Assembly: GCA_033442325.1 (NCBI GenBank) | Contig: JAWQFM010000003.1 | Span: 1,394,473 to 1,458,472 of the forward strand | Source: Salpingoeca rosetta | Taxonomy: Eukaryota > Protista > Choanoflagellata | Reading direction: 5' to 3' | Length of the DNA: 64,000 bases | Part shown: positions 15,601 through 41,961 of the stretch, piece after piece | How positions within the stretch are numbered: the stretch's first letter is position 1 | Layout: the number at the start of each line of letters is the position of its first letter | Made by a program: the position numbers and the translations under genes | The notes under the pieces: generated by a model | Told to the model about the DNA's origin: nothing | The model's input: only the letters and a program-made list of their open reading frames with translations | The model's database searches: none

Positions 15601-16951
15601 GAGTGTGCGCGCGTGTGCGTGCGTGCGTGTGTGACTAACTCCCCCTCCTTCCTTTGTCTTGCCTTCTCTGTGCTTGTACGTCTGCAATTGCCTGTCGTTT
15701 GATTGCTGTCTTGGTGCGACCTCTTTGTCAATGGTTCCTCTTGCTTTCTTGCCGCTGTTGTTGTTGTCCCCGAATTTGCAGTCCTTACACCATGCACATG
15801 TGCACACATGCACGCTGTTGTTGCTTTGCAGTGCGTGCACCGCGTGGAGAGGTCACTGCAAGAGCAGGGCATTTATCGCGTTCCAGGAAATTCCTCACAA
15901 ATCCAACACCTCGTCGCAGAGGCAAACGCAGGTGCGCACAGTGCTGTCCACTTCTTCACACTGTCGGCACTGAATCACGTTGCTGACCTTGCACCCTTCC
16001 AACGAACAAAACGCCACACACGCACAGGCACACACACACGCACACACACACACACACATGCGGGTGTTCACACGTACTCCTTGCGCTGCCCTGACTTCTT
16101 GCATACCCTTCATACAGACTGCACAACGGTGGACGTCGAAGGCATTGACGATGTGCACGGCGCCGCTGGGCTGCTCAAGCTCTATTTCCGCGAGCTTGCA
16201 GACCCGCCCTTCACCGACGACAAATACGCAGACTTCATCGCCGCAGGAAGTACGCATGCGTTCCTGACATGTATGTGTGTGTGCGTGTGTGTGTGTGTGT
16301 GCGTGTGTTTCGGTCACTTGGTTGCTTGCCGCTTTCTCCCCTTCCCCACATCTCCCTCGTGCGTGTGCCCTTCAGCTCCCCTTGTCATTCACTCATCAAC
16401 ACAAACACCCGCGTCACTGTCCATATCACAAACAACAGAGATGGCTGATGCGGGCCAGCGCCTGCAAACGCTGAAATCGCTCTTCCAATCACTACCGGAA
16501 GCAAACAAGGCAACGTTGCTATTTCTCTTCCAGCACCTCGAAAGGTGCGTGTGTGTGTGTGCGTGTGTGTGTGTGCGTGTGTGTGTGTTTGTGTGTGCTT
16601 GCAGTCCAGCTCGTACGATGCTATTCTTCTTGTTGACGCCATATAGTTGCAGTTGCTTCCGCCATTCCCCCCCTCCTCAGTATCTTCGCACATTCACACG
16701 CTTCTTCTTGCTCCTGTCTGTTCGTCTCATGGCGTGTTTTGTTGCTCCACTACCAGGGTTGCCGCCCAGGGCGCGGTGAACAAGATGCACCTGAACAACC
16801 TGGCCATCGTCTTTGGACCGGTTAGTTCCATTCATTCATTGTTGACACTCACCCTTCATAGTGGTGGTGATGATGATGATGACGACGATGGTGATGTGTG
16901 TTGTGGTGCTTGATGTGGTGCTTGATGGCGTTCCTCGTTTCATTTTCTACT

Positions 16952-17010
<59 letters not shown>

Positions 17011-17116
17011 GCTGCTGCGGAGTTCAGAGCCGACACTGGATGCGATTGTGATGGATGCGCCGTTTCAGAGCAGCGTGGTTGAAGAGTTGCTGCGAAACCA
17101 GGACCAACTGGCATGA
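9883..17116 (+). CDS. SH3-PH-RPEL-RhoGAP protein (ARHGAP12/15/27-like)
   Basis: SH3 (VRALYDY..GWLEV..RGYVSPAWV), long acidic/Pro-rich linker, PH (LKGHLERK..RQWHKVYA..KRDYVFKL..LFQAGSEGERVRWLQAI), RPEL (LNKYLRARPKKQELVSKGII), GAP (PVFG..GIYRVPG..AGLLKLYFREL..NKMHLNNLAIVFGPTLL). Confidence 0.9.
14084..14260 (+). repeat. (GTT)n microsatellite directly after an intron donor
   Basis: Long GTT run following GTGCGT donor at ~14077. Confidence 0.95.
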
Positions 17117-17746
17117 AGCGGGCAGTACCCCCCCCCCCACCGCTCGTCACGTCCTCTCCCTGCTGTGCATAGGTCTTCACGCACATGTGCGTGCTTCTGT
17201 TGTTTTCGTGTCACCTTGGATTGGCGTCTTCCATGTTTGTTTGCAATCGCGCATTTGCATGATTGCTCGCATTACGAGTGCTTCGTTTCTTCCTCCACGA
17301 CAGCTGCAGTTTTGGGTTTGCGCTCTTTTCCTTTGTGCACCTTGCATCATTGCTTGGCTGTTTCGCCAATCGGCTCGCTTTTCCTCTGATCACCAATCCT
17401 GCATGGAGGCTCATGTCAGTGTGTCAGCGAGTGAGCCAGTGGGCAATCCCGCCTGTCAATCAAGCAATTATGCTGTCACCGTCCTTGCTGCTTCCCTCTT
17501 CACATCGCCTTCGCACATATTGTTTCGAATAACACGATGAAACCGCTCCCAAGACATTCGCCGTCCTCACAGGATACCCCGTGGACCATGATTACCATGT
17601 TTTTATGTTCACTCTGCCCCCGCACATCACGATTTGGTCAGATCAAACGTGTGTTCGCACGAAAGCTTGCTCTGATGGTCAAGAAACAGTGGCACAAAGC
17701 CAGAACCACGCGACGTTGTGACTCAAACAAAGCAGTAGTTGTTATT

Positions 17747-19880
17747 TCATGCTGCCTCTTGCTTGACTTCTTTCTTGATGTCGCTCTGTCCTTCGCTGGG
17801 CTGTCGCTCGTCGTCTTGGGGGTCTGCTTCCTCCTTCGCCGCAGTGGCCGTGGATTGTGGAATTGCATCAGTCGAGTGTCGGTGTACCAGCCCTTGGAGC
17901 TGTTGGAAGAACTGGAGCTTGTCCGTCCATCTGCGGTTAATGGTCGTTTGGTGAGTGACGGACAGGGCGCATGCATTCAGAAGTAACATAACACTCGATT
18001 GCGACGTTGAGTGAAAGTTAGGGCAAGCAGGCAGGCAGGCATGAACAACATGATGCGTGGCTTGCGGTGCAAATCACAAAACGAGCGTTGGGGGCGCGTG
18101 TGGTTACCTTGGGAATGCTGCGCCACGTGGGCTTGTTGATGGCATCACAAACACGGGCACCCCCTTTTCAGAAGGTTGGGCAAGCGGTGCAGCGGAAGGT
18201 AAGGTTGGCTTGTAGTGATGGACAAAACAAACAGGTGAAACAGAAAACACACTGTATAAATACACGCACACACACGCACTGTCCACATACACATACACGC
18301 ACACACATACACACACAAACACGCACACTGTGTACATACACAAACACACACACACACAGAGTGTACATACTCAGTGTCAACGCGAGTTGTCTCATCAAGT
18401 GTGGATGATCATATCGCATCAAGTACGTACGTGAATGCTGGCGTCTTGCAAACCATATGAACAGCGCTTCTGATTCGAAAAGATTTCGTAAATGCCTGAT
18501 GCACACAACATGACACAACATGACACATGACAAAGCACAATACATCACGCACACACATGTATGCACACACACATGTATGCAGGTGCGACAGTGATGAGTA
18601 CACAAAAATCAGGAAGGAACGATGGCTGATTGCTTGCAAGCAAGCAACAGGCGTCAGAAAGGCGCACAGCTGGGCGTACCTTTGCCGTTGAAGCAGACAA
18701 CACGAGGTCGATAATTTGCCACCACTGCCATGACGTGCTGGGTACCGGCCTTGATCTCGTGTCTGGCACCAGAGAAAATAGAGTTGTGCAAACACACATC
18801 AAGGTGAGGAGACAAGCATAGGGAAAGCAGGTGATGTGATCAGCAGCATAACAGAGACATGGAAAACAGGGTGCGCACGCAACAGTACCGATGAGTTTGC
18901 TCGATGAAACACCCAAAAACACGCGCATACACGCGCTCATGCACAGGCATACACAAGCATGCACAAGCAAAAACACGCAAGCATGTACAAGTAAACACAA
19001 GCATATACAAGCAAACACACGCAAACACACGCCAACACACCCACACATGCAGACACATGACCTGCTTCGCTCACTTGGGGAGATCTGCCATGCCGCGGGT
19101 GGTGCGGCTGACCATGTTGGTGAAGCCGATGCCGTAGTTGATGCAGTTGAGGTCATCCTCGTAAGAGAGGCGAACGCCCTGCGGTAGCAAGCCAGACGCA
19201 TTCAGGCATGGCCAAAAGTGGTTGCCGGGGCCAGCATAATGGTGACCGCGGGCACTGCTCCACACGCCTGGATTGATACCGACAAACAGCACAGCCAAGT
19301 CGTCGCTCAGGATATCTGGTAGCTTGAGCTGTAAGGCGTCAGCTTCGCGCACACCAGCGCACACACGGCCCTTTTTGAACACGCGCCCGCGGGGCACGAG
19401 GCGGTCCAGCCGCTTGCTGAGGCTCTTGCCGGTCCTGTGCTCTTGCTTTCGAAGTTTCGCACGGGTCTTCTTCGGCGAGGATGTTGGTGACGGAAGCTGC
19501 CGCTTATGGTCATCGTGGTGGTGGTTGTGGCTGCTGTGGTTGTGTTTGTGTGCTTGGTTGCGGATCTGTCCCTGGTCGTGGGTGTGGTGTTGTTGGTGGT
19601 GGTGACGTTCTTGGGCTGCTGTTTCACTCGAGGCTGCCTGAGCCTGGGCAGCGATCCTGGCACTTCGTCGCCTCTTGGCGATGAACGTTGATAGCGATGA
19701 CTTTGTCGTCGTCCTCGTTGCCGTTGCCGTTGCCGTTGTCGCTATTGCCGTTGTCGCTATTGCCGTTGTCGCTATTGCTGTTGTCATTGTTGTTGTTGTT
19801 GTTGAGGAGCTGGATGTTCTTGTCTCGCTCTCCCCTGGCTCCTCCTGCTCTGCCTTGGCTACCCTTGTTGTTCTACCCAT
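17747..19880 (-). CDS. TDG: G/T mismatch-specific thymine/uracil DNA glycosylase (TDG/MUG family)
   Basis: LPDILSDDLAVLFVGINPG..GHHYAGPGNHFWPCL..YGIGFTNMV / RPRVVCFNGK / GIYEIF / VFVMPSTSPR / DKLQFFQQL. Start uncertain (ATG at 19880 or 20111). Confidence 0.92.
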
Positions 19881-20757
19881 CGTGCCAGGCAAATCCTGCT
19901 GGTAACCTCGTGCCCCTGCTTCTTGTGCTACGCTTGCTTCTTGTGCTGTTGTTGCCTCTGCACTGCTCTGGCTGTGAATGCACGTGTGCGATTGGCGCCG
20001 GTTGTGCTGTGGCGTGGTCGTCGCCTTGTTCGCATCGCTGCACCTGCTCTTGGCTGTCCTCCCACCCACAGCGTCAGCAGCGTTGTTGGCTGGGAAGAAC
20101 CGGCTGCGCATTCTATGTAAGATTCATGCGAAAATTCTGGCCACTCTGAATTTGGATAAATGTTTGAAGATATCGCACAAGAATCGATGCACGGCTCAGC
20201 ATTCACGCCGGCAGAGTCCAGCCAAGCACCACACCCCAAACAGCAACAGCGTGCTGAACTGCAGAGCGAGGTAATGCAAGGTGCTGTGCTCGGTGTGACA
20301 TGGCGTTGTGCTTGGCAGATCTGAGGAGGGGGAAGGGAAGGGAGGGAGATACTGCAATGGCGATGATCCCAGGAAGCCAGCACAGCACAGGCACACGCCT
20401 GTAGTTCAGCTCGTCTCACACATTCCATGAGCGAAACACTCACTCTCAACACCCCCCCCCCACCACTGCTGTTTTGTACTGCGCTTCCTTGCTGTGCTCT
20501 GCGACGTCATTCTCCACTCCATTCCACTCCACTCCACCCCACTCCGCTCCACCCACTCCGCTCAACTCCACTGTTCGCCTTTGTGTTGTGTTGGTGTTTC
20601 GTTTGCAGCCAGACCCAGTGACAACGTTGCTGCTTACGCGTGTGCGTGCTGACCTGAGAACAGCAGGCACCAAAGCACCCCCTCCGCCTCAACCCAACGA
20701 CAACGACAAGTGTTGCTCAGTTGCAGCAGACAACCCTCGGCTCAACTGTGAAGCACC

Positions 20758-36963
<16,206 letters not shown>

Positions 36964-37416
36964 TTGAGCGAGTGGAAGGAAATGAACGGATGGAAGAAGT
37001 GACAAGATGGGATGAATGGATGCGACCAGTGGTGGATGAAACGAGTGAGGACCGTGAGGGCGTGTGAGGGGCTGTGAGCTGTTGCTGGCGCCTCTGTAGC
37101 TGTTTCTTCTTTTTGGTGCCGGTTGTTTATGAGGAGGATGGAAGACGACGCGATAGTTTTGTATTTTGTTTTTGTTTGTTTCATTGGTGTTTGTGGCCGT
37201 CAAGGTGGTCCGTGGTGACTTGTGAGCGCTGCTTGTTTTCTTTCTCGTATGTGTTGCATTCTTGTGTTCTGCAGCCGCCACGTTGGCGTGCTCGCAGCAG
37301 CTTGTTCATTGTAACGTATGTTGTGTTGATTTGTTTACCCAAGTTTGTGTTGCGATGACTTTCGTCACAGCAATGAACACAGCACAACGCCGTGTCAGAT
37401 CTCATTCAAACACACC

Positions 37417-37454
<38 letters not shown>

Positions 37455-37608
37455 GTACAATTGAGCGCGCGTAAGTGTGGGCCCTCTCCAGTATGAATGA
37501 ACGATAGTTCGATTACAAACGTGTCAGCTCAAAGAGAACATCCACCAAGTCAACATCTATCCTAACGAAACGGGCACATTTGGAACCCCCCCCCCCCAAA
37601 CATTGTGG

Positions 37609-38525
37609 CTACTTGTCGTGCTTATTCCCACTCTTGTCGGGTCGCCCTTGTTGCCCAAACTGGTGCTGTAAGCCTTGCGGCGGCTGTTGTTGTTGTTGTT
37701 GTTGCTGCTGCTGGTTTGCATCAGAGCTGCCCTTTTTCTTGGGCTGACCAAACTGATGTTGCAAGCCATGAGGTTGTTGTGCTTGTTGCTGGTTTACATC
37801 AGGTTTGTCCTTCGTCTTAGGCTGTCCAAACTGGTGCTGCAAGCCGTGTGTCTCTTGCTTGCCCTCATCGGCGCCCTTGTTGTTTGAGGAGGCAGCTGCG
37901 CTCCGCCCTTGTCCAAACTGGTGCTGCAATCCCTGATTGGCCGCATCCGGCGACTTTGGAGCAGCGTCCTTTTGCTTTTGCTGCCGCTTGTTGGCGATAG
38001 CACGCTCGAGCTTGGCGAACGCGTCCATGCTGGCGCTCATGGAGCCGCTCGGAGACTTCGGCTGCTTAGCCGTCGCGTCGGACGAGGAGGAAGCAGAGGA
38101 GGAGGAAGAAGAAGAAGAAGACCCAGGCTGCTTCTTCCATCCCTTTTCGTTGAGCTTGCGCTCGTATTCTTGCAGCTGCAGCGCATATTCGATCCACACG
38201 CAGTTTGCGCAGCCACCTTGGCAGCAGTATGTTGGCGGCTGTGGCGGCTCGGGCATGTCGTCATCGTCGTCATCGCCTTTGCCGTTGTTGTTGTTGTTGT
38301 TGTTGTTGTGGGCCGCAGCCTGTGCAGCAAGCTGCCGCCGAGGCAGGATTCGCGTAGCCTGCTGGACGCCGGTTGTCCCAGCCCCATTCCATGGTTGCCG
38401 CCGTGAAGGGCCCTGCATTACCATCATCTGAACGTCCCTTGGAAACGTTGCACGCCCTCTTCTTGCCATCATCATGGTCCTTGCCACCATCATTATCATC
38501 GTCATGGTCGTGGTCGTGGCGCATG
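37609..38525 (-). CDS. Oxidoreductase-like domain protein (OXLD1-like) with C-terminal repeats
   Basis: [23 protein letters not shown] matches the P.P..CC.SGC.NCVW..Y motif; Arg/Met-rich N-terminus suggests mitochondrial targeting; start codon uncertain. Confidence 0.8.
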
Positions 38526-38837
38526 TCAGCACTGCCGCTGTTGCTGTGTTGTTGCAAGGGAAAATAAACCCACACTGTTTATGTTTGGTAAATTGGAGTT
38601 TGCCACAGCTTTGTGTCTCTGTGTAAAGTGAACACCCGCTCTGCGTAGTGTGCATGTGCCACCTGCGCTCTGCAGGTTTGTGCCTTTTTCTTTCCGTGCA
38701 CAAGGAACAACACATCTCCGACCACATCTCAACTTGCACGTGAGAAGGATGAAGAGAAGGATGATGAAGAGATGGGGTTACTGTGGTGGTGCTGGAGGGT
38801 GCATGGTTTTGTTGTTGATGTCGTCGTTGTTGTTGAG

Positions 38838-38969
38838 CTCTTTTTTGTCTTGTGCGTGCGTGCGTGCGTGCCTCATCTCTGGTCTCACACACACCCCGTA
38901 CTCACATACCCCGTACTCACGCACACCAACTCTCACGTTCACACCAACCGCACACACCAACTGACGCAG
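38838..38969 (+). promoter_or_regulatory. Candidate TOP/TCT-like pyrimidine start plus 5'UTR intron of RPS2
   Basis: CTCTTTTTTGTCTT (38838-38851), GTGCGT donor at 38852, branch-like CTGAC and CAG ending 38969, two nt before the ATG. Confidence 0.5.
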
Positions 38970-38971
38970 CA

Positions 38972-39638
38972 ATGGCGGACAAGCAACCGACCGGTGAAAG
39001 CAGTGGTCGCGGCCGCGGCGAGGGCCGTGGTGGCGAGGGCCGTGGCCGTGGTGGCGGTCGTGGTGGTGGCCGTGGTGGTGGCCGTGGCCGCGAGGAGCGC
39101 AAGGAGTGGAAGCCCGTGACCAAGCTGGGCCGCCTCGTCAAGGAGCGCCGCATCAAGTCCATCGAGGAGATCTACCAGCACTCCCTGTCCATCAAGGAGC
39201 CCGAGATCATCGACTTCTTCTTCGGCGACTCTCTGCAGGACGAGGTCCTCAAGATCACCCCCGTGCAGAAGCAGACCACCGCTGGTCAGCGCACCCGCTT
39301 CAAGGCCTTTGTTGCCCTCGGCGACAGCAACGGTCACCTTGGCCTCGGCGTCAAGTGCTCCAAGGAGGTTGCCGGCGCCATCCGTGGCGCCCTCCTCTGC
39401 GCCAAGATGAGCCTCCTCCCCGTGCGTCGTGGTTATTGGGGTAACATGCTTGGTGATCCCCACACCGTGCCCATGAAGACCACCGGTGTCTGCGGTAGCG
39501 TCACTGTGCGTCTCATCCCCGCGCCTCGCGGTGCCGGTATTGTTGCCGCCCCTACCCCCAAGAAGCTGCTCCAGCTCGCCGGTATCGACGACTGCTACAC
39601 GGCTTCCCGTGGCCAGACCGCCACCCTCGGCAACTTTG
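38972..39638 (+). CDS. RPS2: 40S ribosomal protein S2 (uS5), first coding exon; 3' exon not visible (probably in the gap)
   Basis: RGG-rich N-terminus, [59 protein letters not shown] then GTACGT donor at 39639; strongly biased codons. Confidence 0.97.
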
Positions 39639-39895
39639 GTACGTCCTTTAAATGACACACGTGTGCGCTGCCGTTGCGTGTGTTGTGTTTGCGTTTGGTT
39701 GTTGGTGAGAGGCAAGACCCAATGTACACGCGAAGCAACAACAGCTCTGTTGCTTTCTTTGCATCGGGTCCGTGCAGCACAACACGCACTTGTTCTCTCC
39801 AATCTTCTCCTCTCTCCTATCCTCTCTCCTCTTTCCTCTCCCTGTCTCCTCTTTCTCTCTTCTCTCTCTTCCTTTTTATTTGGACTCTTCTGTTT

Positions 39896-39999
39896 CTGGG
39901 ATGATATCAAATCTTTAACCCAACTCTCTGATCTCATGCACGACAAAGTTGTGCTTTTGTGATGAGCTTTCAAGTTCTCACGACAGTCTACTGAGAAAT
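39896..39999 (+). ncRNA. Box C/D snoRNA copy 1 (dual guide; LSU rRNA, yeast-equivalent 2948 and C2959)
   Basis: C-like AUGAUAU 39901, D' CUGA 39928-39931, C' GUGAUGA 39959-39965, D CUGA 39991-39994, terminal stem CUGUUUCU/AGAAAUAG; guides AACCCAACUC and UCUCACGACAGUCUA are antisense to conserved LSU GAGCUGGGUUUAGACCGUCGUGAGA. Confidence 0.9.
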
Positions 40000-40079
40000 A
40001 GCAGTGTCCTCCTCTTCTCTTGTGTCTGATCCCGTCTCTTCCGTCTCTGCTCTCCCCTTTGTTTTTCCTTCCCCCCCCC

Positions 40080-40128
<49 letters not shown>

Positions 40129-40130
<2 letters not shown>

Positions 40131-40232
40131 GGGATGATGACCAAATTTTAACCCAACTCATTCTGATTTATCGCAACAAAGTTGCACCCTGTGATGAGTA
40201 TCTTTCCAACTCACGACAGTCTACTGAGAACA
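40129..40232 (+). ncRNA. Box C/D snoRNA copy 2 (dual guide; yeast-equivalent A2946 and C2959)
   Basis: Perfect C AUGAUGA 40134-40140, D' CUGA 40163-40166, C' GUGAUGA 40191-40197, D CUGA 40224-40227; guides AACCCAACUCAUU and CUCACGACAGUCUA. Confidence 0.92.
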
Positions 40233-40372
40233 GTAGCTCTCGTCGCACACGCGCCCTTTTTGTTGCTGTTGTATCTTCTGATGTGTATTTGTTTCCCCTT
40301 GACTTCCCCCGCCACGTACCATGCATGCTTGGCGGCCTTTGCTCGTCGTCTCTCGTTGCTCGTTCTTGTTGG

Positions 40373-40421
<49 letters not shown>

Positions 40422-40458
40422 GTCTCTCTCTTTCTTCACTTGTGCTGTGGTCGCAGTT

Positions 40459-40537
40459 CTGGGATGATTATCAAATCTTTAACCCAACTCTCTGATCCTC
40501 ATGCACGACAAGTTGTGCTTTTTGTGATGAGCTTTCA
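40459..40537 (+). ncRNA. Box C/D snoRNA copy 3 (near-identical to copy 1, truncated by gap)
   Basis: AUGAUUA 40464, same D' guide with CUGA 40492-40495, C' GUGAUGA 40524-40530, then Ns; upstream flank differs from copy 1. Confidence 0.75.
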
Positions 40538-41156
40538 NNNNNNNNNNNNNNNNNNNNNNNNNNNNNNNNNNNNNNNNNNNNNNNNNNNNNNNNNNNNNNN
40601 NNNNNNNNNNNNNNNNNNNNNNNNNNNNNNNNNNNNNNNNNNNNNNNNNNNNNNNNNNNNNNNNNNNNNNNNNNNNNNNNNNNNNNNNNNNNNNNNNNNN
40701 NNNNNNNNNNNNNNNNNNNNNNNNNNNNNNNNNNNNNNNNNNNNNNNNNNNNNNNNNNNNNNNNNNNNNNNNNNNNNNNNNNNNNNNNNNNNNNNNNNNN
40801 NNNNNNNNNNNNNNNNNNNNNNNNNNNNNNNNNNNNNNNNNNNNNNNNNNNNNNNNNNNNNNNNNNNNNNNNNNNNNNNNNNNNNNNNNNNNNNNNNNNN
40901 NNNNNNNNNNNNNNNNNNNNNNNNNNNNNNNNNNNNNNNNNNNNNNNNNNNNNNNNNNNNNNNNNNNNNNNNNNNNNNNNNNNNNNNNNNNNNNNNNNNN
41001 NNNNNNNNNNNNNNNNNNNNNNNNNNNNNNNNNNNNNNNNNNNNNNNNNNNNNNNNNNNNNNNNNNNNNNNNNNNNNNNNNNNNNNNNNNNNNNNNNNNN
41101 NNNNNNNNNNNNNNNNNNNNNNNNNNNNNNNNNNNNNNNNNNNNNNNNNNNNNNNN
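40538..41156. other. Assembly gap (N run), probably hiding the RPS2 3' exon
   Basis: Run of N; the expected RPS2 C-terminus is absent from visible sequence. Confidence 0.95.
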
Positions 41157-41760
41157 TTCCTCGCCACAGTTGATTCGCCTGTTGTGCGATGCGCTGCAAC
41201 GAAGGATTAAACACGTGCACACCCAACTGCGAGCGACCCCTTTTTTGACGGAGATTGAGCCAGCATCACACTCCTGCGCATGGAGAGAGCGAAAGGTGGG
41301 GGGGGCCACCAATGTCAGTGCCTGCGTGTGTGTGTGGGGGGGGGGGGGGACGGGGGTTGTATCGTTCTGCCGCGCCATCATCCCACACCACACGTTCAAA
41401 TCAAGAAGGGACATGGTGCAAGAAAAAAATTGGTCCAGGGAAAACCAATAGCACACAAGTTGGCTTTGCTGTTTGTTGGTTGTGTGTGTTTGTTTTGTTT
41501 TTGCTTGCTTGTGAGCCACAGATTCGCCCCCAAGCGCCCCACAGCACAGCAAAGCACAGCGCCGAAGGTGTTGCTCCTCTTTCCTCGGTGTCAGCGTTGT
41601 GGGCGCATGCGTCACATGCACGCGAGCTGCGAGCAACGATAGCGTGCATTGCTTGACCAGCAACCAACGGCGTGGGAAAGGAGAAGAACGGAGAGGGAGA
41701 CATCAACAGCAACAAGGCTGCCAGCGCTCAGTTCACATAACAAGGACAAGAGCACACACA

Positions 41761-41937
<177 letters not shown>

Positions 41938-41961
41938 CTTTCCCAAGCGACCCCATCCATC

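Noticed and set aside
37651-37932. GLQHQFG repeats as an amidated neuropeptide precursor
   Set aside because: Gly is followed by Gln rather than a basic cleavage site, there is no signal peptide, and the repeats are fused to an OXLD1-like domain.
38939-40144. 401-aa minus-strand ORF over RPS2
   Set aside because: Antisense to a highly biased ribosomal protein exon plus (GA)n repeat read-through.
39896-40537. Spaced direct repeats as a CRISPR-like array or transposon ends
   Set aside because: Units are ~100 nt with C/D boxes and rRNA complementarity in a eukaryotic intron; no cas or transposase gene.
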